A stretch of DNA of 62,293 bases from Podarcis erhardii. Lineage: Eukaryota. Position numbers and translations under genes: made by a program. The stretch's first letter is position 1. Every line of letters begins with the position of its first letter. Shown piece after piece: positions 1-12,010 of this stretch. The notes beneath the pieces were generated by a model. That model worked only from the letters and a program-made list of their open reading frames with translations, was not told where the DNA came from and ran no database searches. The DNA lies in the NCBI GenBank assembly GCA_964252035.1, contig CAXUOO010000179.1; one strand, written 5' to 3'.

Positions 1-1618
1 AAGCGTACAAAAGCACGGCTAACGAGGGAGAAGGATTTGCAAGGAGCGCAGATGTGTGTTTCCACATGATTGCACGAAGACTTTGATAAGGATGAATGTG
101 TTTGCAGCTGCAAACTGGGGAGACCACGTCTACGTATTACTACGTCCGTCCATCATTACAGTGTTGCTGCTAGTACACCAGCATTATACTGGCTCGATTT
201 TGGTGACTGTTACGCGATCTGGTTACCAGTCCTGAACGGCCATTTTGATATATAATATTGTGTATTAAAATTAAGGAAAAGAAGCCGGTGAGAAAGGAAG
301 ACCAGTGCCGAGCACAATGTAGATGCAATATGTATGATCGATTTGAAGTTGTGAGGGCAAAGATTTCGGCTCGCTGCTGTTTGGAAATGCCTTAGAGAGG
401 ATTGAAGAAAAATTCAGTCGAGCTCAATGTAGATACATCATATATGATCGAGTCGAATTCTTGAATGCAAACTTATTGGCTCTTCACCATTCCAAAATTG
501 GCAAAAACAAAAACTTCAGTACTCAAGCACAATGTAGGAATCAGGAATACGATTGAGTCATGGGGCTGCGTGGAAGCTCTTCTACACCACTAGAACTATC
601 CGTGTGCGGGATAGAATGCACTTTATAAGATTAACAGAGAAGGCCGCAAGAAAGAGGAAATGGAGCGTTTGAGGCTGTATTTTAAATTGCGAGAGTGTCA
701 AGCATACGCATAGAGTTTCCTGTGTACGCGATTGAGATACAATTGAACGTATAACGACCGCTAGGTGCGGAAAACGCACAGCAATAATGTGTCGACAAAA
801 AATTTATTTTTCGAGACAAATGAGTAAGCATTCTGTGATTCTATTTGTATATATACATGCATCTTACAAATATATATGCAATAGTGAATTGTATACAATT
901 TTCCCACATAAACATACCTATGTGACTGAATAATGCAGTTTTTACTGTGTCAACTACTTCACTCCGAGAAGACCATCCGACAACTTGTACGCATAGAGCA
1001 ATAGTATTAGTTTTCATATCGTTGATGTATATCAATCTGGCTTTGACATGTAACTACGCAGTTGGGTAAAAATTGAAAAATTCAGCGTCTCATACCTGTT
1101 TATATGAAATATGCAACAGCAAGCGTTTGTGATCGTTTCTAGCACCTTGTGTCAGAAAATAATACACTGCGCTTATATTGATATTCGTCTGAGATCACCA
1201 CGTTGGGAGAAAAAGTAAAAATACTGTACATGTCTTTAATTGAATACATACAATTGCATATAAAGCACAATCGAGCATCAATTAAATGACGAAACGGTAG
1301 GACCTAGCCATTATGCTATACTATAATCATGATTTCTTAGCCATTCCTATAAATACAATTAAATAAATAAATAAATAAATATATATATATATATAAATTA
1401 CTTCTGCTCGAATCACGTTAGAGTACACAAGAGTGAGGAGCGTCCAACTGAAGAGGGTATTCTGTGTAATTCTCACATCCTAGCAAATGTCAATTCATGT
1501 AGACCGTGCACGCCAACCACAATGTCAAGCACTTGTCAAAGTACAGATATTGCAGTAGTGCAAAGCTGGAGCTGAAGCACGTAGGATAAAAAGTGTACGT
1601 TTTTGTAGATGCCGTGTT

Positions 1619-2175
1619 CTACAAGGGCGTCTTTTCAACATTCTGTCGGTCACACAACTTTCTCCTGTTTTTTTTCGATTCTTCTCCATGTGGAATCATA
1701 TTCAAGGGCAATGGTGGAGGCCACAACGTCTGCCATGCTATATACTCTGTATCGTCTTCTTTTTTTTGAGCAGGTTCCACTAACTCATTTTTCTTCCTAG
1801 AGTGCGCATCTGCTGCTGGTGAAACAGAATTTTGTACATGTAAATATTCTGCGGGGGCTAGTTGAGAGGGGTGACAATCTACAGACACTTCAGTTGAGGG
1901 AATCTGTGTATCAACTTTGACACCACTTGCACCCCCGCCTTCTACTCCTTGCTTTGCGCCACTCTTTTGACTTTCCAACGCAAGTGGCTGCAATGGCTGT
2001 TGTTGCTGTTGCAGATACAATCGCTTAAGTTCAGTAGCGTGAAGCTTTAGTGCAGGCGCATGCATAGCCCCGCCTGTCATAGCAATTTCTCTGCTTCTTG
2101 ATGCATATGCAGGATAAGCGGCAAGGGAAGCGAGCAGATCAGACCGTTGTCTCGCCCAGTAATCTACCTCTAAGC
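1619..2175 (-). CDS. DEAD-box protein, exon 6 (terminal)
   Basis: Acceptor gtatatag|GC (phase 1) gives NAP-G-LEVDYWARQRSDLLASLAAYPAYASR, open to TAG at 1619. The six exons sum to 8001 nt, which is divisible by 3. Confidence 0.65.
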
Positions 2176-3407
2176 CTATATACAGCAAATAGAAACACAG
2201 GGAAGGGCTAGGAAAAAAGCGACTGCTGCGTTGGTGCCGGTATTTCCTTGCTATTGCGACTTGTGCAGGTTTTTCTTTTTCCGCTGCTGCTGCTGTGGTT
2301 GCCTTTTACTGTGTTGTCGCTTTCTGCTCTTGGTGCTGATGTCAAGTCTACTGGACTTGCTGCTGCCGCTCTGTTTTCAATCAGTGCTGCGCTACCTGTT
2401 AGTGCTCATAATCTATCTCTAATTGCCTTCTGATCATTTATTGCGCATATAAAGTGCCATGCAACTGCTGTTGCTGCTGCTTCTTCACCCTGATGCTGCG
2501 GCTATCCTACCGACAAAATACCGTAGTAAGGCATACCCAATTACTACATCATTGACAAGAAAAGCCGCTATGGTAGGGAGTAAACAAGAACATGAATCAG
2601 ACAAAACAGTGCACCTATCTGTCTACATAGACGTAATCTGGTACAACAGTCACTTTGGACTGTCGAAGTTCTCAACCTTCTAGCCTGCTGCTCTAGTGCT
2701 GACACCCACAGTTACAGTCTTTTTTAATTATCACATTCATACTGACAGAATATAGAGAACGTCCACGAAAGTTGAAGTGCTTCGCAATGCTGCGGTGTAT
2801 GCTGCTGCTAGTGCAGTTCATTTTTGTGCCGCATGTAGAAAAGAGGCTCTAGTGTGTTTCTTTCTGCTACCGTACACATTATATATATATATATATATAT
2901 TTGTACATGTATAAATATACACATATATATGTAAAGCAGCATATCTGCACTGTAGCAGAGCAGCCTCGACTGCCACAGCAGCAGCAACTTAGATTACGAA
3001 GGCAGCAGCAATCGTGAAAGTATGGCAGCAACTGCAGCTACATCTATAGCAATAATAGCAAAGACAAAATCAAGTACCGAATGGCAGCCACAAATACAGT
3101 ACTACCAAGTTAGTCACCGCCCAAGAGGAATTGGCACGAGCCAAAAAAAAGAAGGTCAAAGAAGTCTTCAGAATGAAACTTCAAGCTACAACAGCTATAT
3201 ACTGAGTGGTATATGTTCTTTTCTTCAATCTACACACATACAAAATATGCGCTCTGTTTCAGAGCCAGCAACTGACGTTCAAAAGACTTTTTTCATTGAT
3301 ACTCGGGCCACCGAAGAAATATGCGCTATTCGGGACAATATGAAAGAGAGCTCATGCAATATACAAAAACATATATATATATATATATGCGTGTATGCAG
3401 GAGTTAC

Positions 3408-3517
3408 CAGGGGCATTGAGCAGCTGCAGACGAGCAGCAAACTGCTTCGTCACAGCAAATTGTTCGGTAAGTCCAAAAGAAGTTAAAATCGCCTTTACAA
3501 GAGAGGGAACTTGCCAT
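3408..3517 (-). CDS. DEAD-box protein, exon 5: C-terminal extension
   Basis: ttgtcag|A TGG ... CCT G|GTAACT, 110 nt, phases 2 and 1 match both neighbours. Encodes WQVPSLVKAILTSFGLTEQFAVTKQFAARLQLLNAP, resembling the CTE helix-G-l-x-x-x-P-helix-L-x-L pattern. Confidence 0.75.
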
Positions 3518-3833
3518 CTGACAACACACATAAGTATACGCAAGCTCCTTGATGCAAAAAATATGTAAACAGAATATCGCATACGTAGATAGCATCTTGA
3601 GTTAATGAAATACAGAAACGGAATAGCAACTGACAACATTTTCATGCACTACAGAGGTGTATACTATAATTCTATATGTATATTTACACAGAGAGAGACT
3701 CGAGAAGAAACGTGGGCTACGAATCTGCCAGATACCAAAGCAGCTTGAGATGAATTCATTCACATAATCGAGCATTCTGTTCTACACTGTCATTCCTGCT
3801 CTACGATAAGTTCAATCCTGAATTACAAAGATC

Positions 3834-3872
<39 letters not shown>

Positions 3873-4570
3873 TTATAATCATGTACTACCTTAAACAGAG
3901 TATCTACTCATACATACTCCTAAAATATGCACCTTTCTATATTTATGCTGATGAATATCTACGTCCGTATGTACCCCTTTACATACATACAAGTGTATTT
4001 TTAAAAAAAAGTAAGTACCCCTTTGTATACGTATACGCATACAAAATGCATATTGCTTATATACAATCTATGAAAATTTATCTTCTTCAAAATTGGTGTA
4101 TATATATATATATAAGTGAGTGTTTATTACTCTGCAAATCGTGCTATACAAATGTACTATATATATAAAAATATACAAAGTGAATTGTGTGTGTAAGGGT
4201 GAAGTTCATTCCCGTAGATGCGCAGCCTGTTAGTGTAAATTCCTCAAAAAGCTACTTGCAACCAAATGAAGAGCACTATTTCCCATCTTGTACAAGTAAA
4301 GCATATATATGATATGTTTAAGTAATAATATCTCCCGAAGATCAACTGATCAGAGTCATAAACCTCAACAGTTCTGACGTTTGTGAAAAAAATCAGGGAG
4401 GTTTTCCGCAATATCCAGTTGAAAACCATAAATACGTTCTACGTGATTCGACAATATCACCATACTGATGAGATCAATGTTTACGTGACGCTTAGAAGAG
4501 AGGAAAGCGAATCCAGGTACAAAATGAGGTATATATCGCTAGTTTTCACTAATCTATATATCTACACCTA

Positions 4571-4608
<38 letters not shown>

Positions 4609-5225
4609 CTTATGAGGATGTATAGACAAATACGCGAGTCTCTAGCACTTCAGCGTCTTCCATGCGCTGATTATACACAGGGCCGTATACGATAACTGCA
4701 TCCAGGCAGGTGTATGCAGAGAGCTAAAGAACTTCTACACAGATACATATACATATGTTTACGTATGGGTTTCCTGTGTATATATCGATCTAGTTACACA
4801 CTAAATGCAGATATATTTATACATATATGTATATATATATGTATATATATATCACAACGGTATGACTTTGTTCGTAGGTTTTTCTATCTGTTTCAATAAG
4901 CTGCTGTTTTTCTGGTGCTTTCGCCCTCTATTGACACAAATATGCAGGACTCTTTCTTGGCTTATACCTGCTATTCCTACTCCTAGGATATACATTTGTT
5001 CTTCTGTATCTACATTAGTATATATGCATAAACGTTACTGCTCGTAGAAAGCATGTGCACAGCGCCTATCATACATCTATTTTTTTACCTATATCTATAT
5101 ATATCTATATCTATATTTATATACATATTAGATAGCGCTGCAAAAGTTTGTTAGCAGCCGCCGGGCAAAAAGAAGACGTGCATTATATCTTGTATATCAC
5201 GGCTCTGCGTGCTTCTGAATACTAA

Positions 5226-5370
5226 ATCGATTGAGTATAAGTTCGTTCATAGATGCGTGTACGTAGATAATAGAGAGGTGTATACATTGGCTTTTGAATA
5301 CTACATCGATTGAGTATATGTTTGGTCATAGATGCGGGTACGTAGATGATAGAGAGGTGTATACATTGGC
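5226..5370. repeat. Intronic imperfect tandem duplication, unit ~79 bp
   Basis: atcgattgagtat...tagatgcg(t/g)gtacgtagat(a/g)atagagaggtgtatacattggc occurs at 5226 and 5305. Confidence 0.8.
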
Positions 5371-5538
5371 ATGTGTAGGTCGAGATTTGTAGATGTGTTG
5401 TCACAAACAAGTACGAGAAAGTTTGGGCTGCGCTTCGTCGGAAAAAAGTATCCATCTACATGCACACACTAGATAGACAAAGTAGATGTCGTGCACATAT
5501 TTATGTAGATGTTTGAATATTCTAGTGTCGCCTTTTAC

Positions 5539-7380
5539 TTTTCGAATTTGAGAGTTTTCGATTGCATGCTGTAAAACCCCAAAAGACAGCGGTACATCAA
5601 CTCAGCAGAGGCCCGAAGCGGGGGCAAAGCGTCTTCCCAGCGAGGCAGCGCTGTTGTTTCCAAAACAATCTCATCACTATCTTTTTCAGCCACAGCGAAA
5701 GTAAGCTCATCAGCATCCGCAGCAGTCATTTCTTTTGATTTCCTCTGCTTTCTCTCTCTAAATTCAGTCATTTTTTTGTGCGAATCTGCAAAAGTTTCGG
5801 TCCGTGAACTTTTCACCGGTGCTGTCAATGCTAGCGCTTCCGCTTCTATCGTTGCTGAATCAACAAGTATTGCGCCTCCTCCTGTGGCGTTTGCACTTGA
5901 TTCTACCGCCACGCTTGCAGTGGATTCTGTCGTAACTATTGCAGTGGATTCTGTCGTGATTGCTGCAGTTAAATTTTTTGTGCTTGCTGTAGTTGAATCT
6001 TTTTTTGTGACTGCTGTAGTTAAATTTTTTGTGCTTGCTGTAGTTGAATCTCTTTTTGTGACTGCTGTAGTTAAATATTTTGTGCTTGCTGTAGTTGAAT
6101 CTTTTTTTGTGCTTGCTGTAGTTGAATCTTTTTTTGTGCTTGCTGTAGTTGAATCTTTTTTTGTGCTTGCTGTAGTTGAGTCTGTCACCGCGTGTGCTGG
6201 TGGTTGCATGGTGAGTGTATTTTTCGCAGCGAGTTGAGTCGCCAGCAGCACTGCTGCGCTTTTAGTTTTCGCTACTTTGTGTATTTCGCTTTTCGGCTCC
6301 GCTCCTGCAGGCCCAACGGTCGTTGCTGGTGTTGAAGTGAGTGCTTGGATTTTATGATCAAAAACAGCAGCAACGGTGTCTGACGATTGCGCTGCTGCCG
6401 TTGACGTAGCAGTGCTCCTCTCACTAGCAACAGCGACGTCATTGTCGAAGTTTCTATCCTTCTTCACTGAGCCGCCTTTTCTATTTCTCTGCAACATCCT
6501 CATCATCATTATCATGCGTGGTTGACGCTTTCTTCGTCGCAGCAGCAAAGGTCCACTTTTTCGTCTTTTTTCCACCTGTTGTGCAGGCAGGGGTTGCATG
6601 CGCTGCTGTTTTGAACTGCATTTCTGTGCAGACTTGGTCCTCAACTGCTCGAAAAACTGCCGTTGTTTGCTTCGCAATCGCCGCGCTAACGAAGCTCTTG
6701 TTTGAGGGCCACTCAGGCGTTTGTTTGCAGCGCTGTAATTCCACGCAAGAGGAAGAAGCTGCACTTGAAGAGCAGTTTGCTGGTGCTGAGACGAAGTGCA
6801 GTGGTTGTTTTGCCCCAGCAAGTGGGCTGTTGAAGAAGAACTCGCCTTCTTTTTCCGCTGCTGCTTCCTCCGCGTCGGGCGCCTCCTTGGAGCCCCTGGC
6901 TGCTGCAACGACGAAGGCTGCTGCTGTGGGGTGTGAAACTGGTGCTTTTTCATCTGCTTCAACGTGGTTGACTGGTGAGTGGGTGGTTGAGACTGGCTTT
7001 CCTTGTCGCTCTTATGCTGCTGCTGCTGGTGGTGGTGGTAAGAATAGTGGACGTAGTCGGAGTAGTGAGTGTTGAGACGAAGTTGTTGGTAGTTTTGGTG
7101 CAGCAGCAGGGCAAGCACTGGGTGAGGCTGCAGCAGTGACAGCGCCTCTGAAGCTGGCATTTCTGTCAAATGAGGCAGCCCTGCTTCTTGGCAACACATG
7201 TACAAAAAGTGAGCTTCTAAATCGTGCAGAAGCAGCAGTGATTGTCCAGGTGGTTGTCTCTCGTTTTCTGCTTCTGCTGCTGGCAACAAAGCTGCTGATA
7301 TGTTTGTTTCACTCTTTCTGCTTGCTTCTGAAGACCAACTAGCAGTAGTAGTGGTAGATGAAGAAGTTTCGCCAGATTTG
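5539..7380 (-). CDS. DEAD-box protein, exon 4: post-motif-VI segment, large insertion, start of C-terminal extension
   Basis: The ORF 5535..7403 begins with TTG, not ATG. Acceptor aaaaacag|C at 7380 is phase-compatible with exon 3. GQSLLLLHDLEAHFL matches the post-VI G-x-slllL-x-x-E-x-x-fl element. ASAELMYRCLLGFYSMQSKTLKFE matches the Mss116-type CTE (AY..wLGYY). Donor AA|GTAAAA. Confidence 0.75.
5961..6183 (-). repeat. Coding minisatellite: 27-nt (TTASTKKDS) and 51-nt (TTASTKNLTTAVTKKDS) units
   Basis: Near-perfect tandem units visible in the sequence and the translation. Confidence 0.9.
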
Positions 7381-9730
7381 CTGTTTTTGCACAGCAACCG
7401 CAAAAACTCACGCAGGTGCTCTCTCTTTCACATTCAGAAAAAAAAGCGGCACAGATCTGTGTGTGAAGCACGTGATGACGCAAACACTAGGCACGCAATT
7501 ATATACACAAATAGATTCAAAGTCTAGTTGGTGCATGGAGGAGGAGGATGTCCTAATCGTCTATACTTATGTGTTAAAATGTAGTATGCTAATAATAGTA
7601 GTTTTAAAGGTTCGTGCAGTGAAAAATCCAGATTCGCCTTTCAGCGAGCCATGGAAACGTGTGTTGTTGGGTTCAACCAACTACTATGCCCCACACCACG
7701 AAAAACACAAAATTTTTCGCTTTTTCATGCAAACTTGCTAGAAAAACTTCTAAGGCATCTGACACGTAAATATCCACACACGTGCAGACGTCTTCAAAAT
7801 TATGACCCAATATACATGTATTTACAGTATTTGCAAGCGTGGTCGTCAAGCATCGCTGATCTGCCATATATACATATATATACATGTATATTTGTATACA
7901 TGTGCGCTGAGATTGTATGAGGAATTGCAAGTAGTTTGCGCTTGTTGAGAGAGAGAAAAAAGCATTACACGACTATTTTAGAAAAGGGTTTTCACAAATA
8001 CATTAGTGACAACACTACATATGTAGATACTACTTTTAGAAGTGGGGACAAGCTGATGATAGAGACGTGTACATACATGTATACACATGTATGAATACAT
8101 GCATACACACACATGAACACATCTCGTGGTGGTGTGAATTCGAACTGTTCGTGTAGTAGCAAGCAGGTGAAATGTACTTATTTGTGTCACCAAATTTTTT
8201 CACCTATATAACTTGCAAATTGGTGGAGAAGCCAGAGACATACATGTTTCTTCAAAATAACAAAAACTATGCTGTGAAAAGTTACAGAACAAAGAAATAA
8301 ATGTATATATAGTGGAAGGCTGCGCGCAACAACCTTTGAGACTGCTTTCTTCTTTTTTTATGAGGAAGCAGCATATACAGTGCAGAAGTAGGAATATTTG
8401 CAGAGGCAGAAGAAGTAGCAGCAGCACTGTAAATATCAGCAGCAATAGAAGTTTCCATAGCAGCCTGAATAACAGAAGCAGCTCAAAATGGAAGTAGCCC
8501 ATAGAGAAGACTAGCGACTTGTACAAAAAAGAGCTTGAAAACAGTGACAGCAGCTCATATAGAAGCAAGTCCACCCACCATACAAAGAAATAACACACCG
8601 TGATAGCAGTAGTAGCAACTTTACTAGCAGCACATCAAAGAACGAATAAAAGCAGAAATTGCTTAGCGCACTTAGAGAGCAGCAGGGCAATTTTTATAGA
8701 TAAAAACAGCAGCGCAAATAACAACAGCATCACACACAGTAGTAACAACTGAAATAGCAGCAGGAGCAGCTTCAATAAACAGTAACTTGCATGGAAGATA
8801 CAAAACACAGTAAAGCAACTGCAACAACAGCAACAAAGAAATCTGAAAGGGCAATATATGAATAGCAACAGCAGCGTAGATGGAACAGCAGCAAGTAAGC
8901 AACGATACAAAGCAGCAGCCTTAACACAAAAAAGTGAAGAACTTTAGTTATGAGGCATCAAAACACCACGAACGGAGCTGAAAGAAAGCGACTTTTGAAG
9001 CCACCACCACCCCTATTGAGAAAACTTTCAAAGCGTTCACGCAAAGAAGCTGAGCAACGGACGTGAAATTTTCTCGAATAAACTATGATATATCACTGAT
9101 TGAGACACTTAAAAAGCAGTGATTTCCACTGGCAACAGAAGCAAGGAGCCTAAACAGAAGAACTGTGGCAGAGGATTGCCGCAGCAGCAGCAGCGGCTAG
9201 CTGCAGCAAAAATAAGGAAACTTCTATTCAAGTTGTGTGGTTTAACGAAGACCGTCACAATTGAATAGAAAAGTTCGGTTTTCGAAAACAGCTAGTAAAC
9301 GACCGCTAGTACAAGAAAAAAAAAAAGAGCATGAGAAGGTGTAGTAGACATTCAATTTTGCTCGTAGAACAGCAACAAGGCCAGAGAAGCGAAATCAAAG
9401 GAGGAGCAACAAAAAGGCAGGTGTTGAGATGAAGCAGAAGAAGAGACAGAACAAGATGTGAGATAGAGAAGGAAAAGAACAGCAAGACAAGAGCAGCAAC
9501 AGCACACTTCAAAACATTCAGACATGCACTGTTGCTGCTAAAACAGAGAGAGAATGCTGCTGAAAAAAAGGCGTTGCAGCAGTGACAAGGCCGCCAGCAG
9601 CAGCAACAGCCAAAGAAAAAAAGAAGCAGCAACTTTTTAAAAGACAAAAACAGCACACAAAACAACAGCGAAAGAGCCGCTACAGCGAAAAAACACATAG
9701 AAAGAGCAACAGTCCTCGCTAAAACCTCAC

Positions 9731-9801
9731 TGCGTCTGCAGATTCCCTTGAAGACGGGTGACTCGTTGCACGTACGTGTCTACACTTTTAGGAATGCCCA
9801 C
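9731..9801 (-). CDS. DEAD-box protein, exon 3: degenerate motif VI
   Basis: Acceptor ctgctcag|, translation VGIPKSVDTYVQRVTRLQGNLQT (compare VGxPxxxxxYIHRxGRTAR), donor CA|GTGAGG, phase 2. Not in the ORF track because it is too short. Confidence 0.75.
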
Positions 9802-10627
9802 CTGAGCAGTAAAGCATTAAAAAAAACCACTGTTTCATTAACGGAAAAGCAAAACAACAGATGCAGCATAAAAATCAAGCAGATGCATCCAAAACTGCAG
9901 CGAAAGCGCAAAATCCCACCAAAATCTGCTCTCATACGAGTCGAAAAAGCTCAACAATCAGACGCACAAGCGATATCTTACATATATATATATATATGCG
10001 CACAGATGTAGATGTATACAAGTATCTATAAAAGTTTAAAAGTAAGGTATATATGCATACACGTATATACATATACATTAAGAACTACGTATGTCGATCA
10101 TGTAGAAATGCATGTGTACTCATATGATAAATATATATGTATCTCTATTTGTATTAGTTACGATCGCGAGATTCTACTGATGAAGCGATAGGCTTTTTGC
10201 ATAGCGAAAAAACCACAGTTTGCGTATTTTGATCTGAAATGGCAGCAAATGAAACTTCAGAGAAAAGAGATTCGTGAATTAGTGGTTCAACTGAAGCACT
10301 AGTAACATGTATATGTACACATGCACATTGGGGAATGTACGTCTGCGTAGAAATGCTTGTCATATCTGCCTGCGAGTTTTCTTCGTTTTTAGATGTATAT
10401 GTATATATTGATTGAAGTCCAAGCAAGTGTGCATGTGTATCCTTTTGTTCATTCAAATCTGTCCTAGCACACACTACACATTACGACTGAGTAAATTCTG
10501 GAGTGACGGATGTGCATGCCACATATACATGTATACATATGTATGGATGGACGACTTTTCTGTAGAAATACAGGCATAAAAAGATATGCAACTGTACTCA
10601 TATATAACAAAGTTCTTATGCATCAGC

Positions 10628-10684
<57 letters not shown>

Positions 10685-10686
10685 AC

Positions 10687-10758
10687 GTGCATCAATGATT
10701 AGGCGAAAGAGACTATGTTTAAAACGAAACAAGTCAGTACAGATCAATATTTCAGCTA

Positions 10759-10807
<49 letters not shown>

Positions 10808-10918
10808 ATATATATATAAATACAGGTGCATCAATGTTTAGGCGAAAGAGACAATGTATAAAATGAAATAAGTCAGTACAGATCAATATACAGCCAAACA
10901 TATATATATATATATATA
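10687..10918. repeat. Intronic imperfect tandem duplication, unit ~139 bp, ending in (TA)n
   Basis: gtgcatcaatg(a/t)ttaggcgaaagagac...aagtcagtacagatcaatat occurs at 10687 and 10826. Confidence 0.8.
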
Positions 10919-12010
10919 TTTTATTCAAATGTAAATGTGTGCCTAGACGTGAGGACTTTACTGGAAGACATGCGAGAGCAGCTGCAGATGTTGCAAAAAG
11001 GAAGTAAAGAAAATGCTTTTTTTGTGAAACTTCGAATAATAATAATAATTTGAGGCGCTTTTGGAAAAAGAGTATTTTTACAAACTTGAGGACGAGCCAA
11101 GCAAAGAAAGAAAGAGACAGAGCGTGAGAAATGGACTGCAAATGCAGAATTGGAAGAAAGTTGAAAAGCCGTTCGTAGAGAAATGGCTGTTTAAGGAGGA
11201 AAAGGAAGGATACAAAAGAGGCAGAAATTTCAAAGAGAGAAAACCCCTAATAGAGCACGAAACACCACAAAGAACAGAAAAGAACAGAAGGAGGCGCAGA
11301 GAGCGCTAAGAGAGACAGAAGGAATTTCAGGTAGAGAAAGAGAGAGTATTGCAGAAAGGAAGAAAATCGAGAAAACCAGAAAAGAGGAAAGGCTGCGCAG
11401 AGAAGGAAGGAAAACTCACAGAAAGAAACAGAGAGAAGAAAGAGAGGTCTGGAGACGGAGCAGAGAAGAGAAAAAAAGGAAGACGAAGAAAGGAGGAAGA
11501 GTGGTGCCACCACCCAGAAGAAGGGCGCTAATGAGAGAATCGTCGAGAGATGTACACAGCAGACAAAGACGCAAACGAAAAGGCAGACAGAGAGAGTCAG
11601 AGACAGCAAGACGAAGCTTTACGAGAAGTTGAAAAAGAGGCAGGTTGAGCTTGGAGCGCGGATGGTCGAGTTCTTTGGATGAAAAAATGAGCCCGACATA
11701 TGAAATGAGAAAAAAAACACGTCAGACACGCCACAGATCACAAAGAAACTCAGCAAACAGAGAAGGGGATCGACATTTCCAAGTTTTCGAGAGGGAGAAG
11801 AGGAAAAATGCGAGACTGAAAAATTCAGGTGACATTTTCAGCTGAAAATGATGTGAAAGTCCGCGTGAAGAAACAAAAAAAGAAAGTCGAAAGACAGAGA
11901 CAGCGACTGGTGGAAAAAGAAGCGTTTGTGCGCACACACACATAGATACAGTGCGAAAACGGGTGAGACGTACATGTACAATGGAGTGAACGTGTCCAAA
12001 ATTGAGTCAC

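Noticed and set aside
5776-7075. Plus-strand ORFs of 153 and 185 aa, and similar antisense ORFs over 12002-14531, 16568-19442 and 59640-61062
   Set aside because: Antisense shadows of CAG-rich frames, which are poor in stop codons.
9108-9149. SLLLLPVEITAF* as a possible post-motif-VI exon
   Set aside because: Phase-incompatible with exon 3 and it ends in a stop. Exon 4 (GQSLLLLHDLEAHFL) fits both phase and consensus.
8200-9698. Leu/Cys-rich minus-strand ORFs that look like membrane proteins
   Set aside because: CTG- and T-rich intronic sequence of the helicase gene. There is no motif and the spliced model is complete without them.
11061-11620. K/E/R-rich plus-strand ORFs
   Set aside because: Complement of a long intronic polypyrimidine tract.
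11833-11850. 18-bp perfect palindrome cattttcagctgaaaatg
   Set aside because: Single short intronic instance with no associated structure, plausibly chance.
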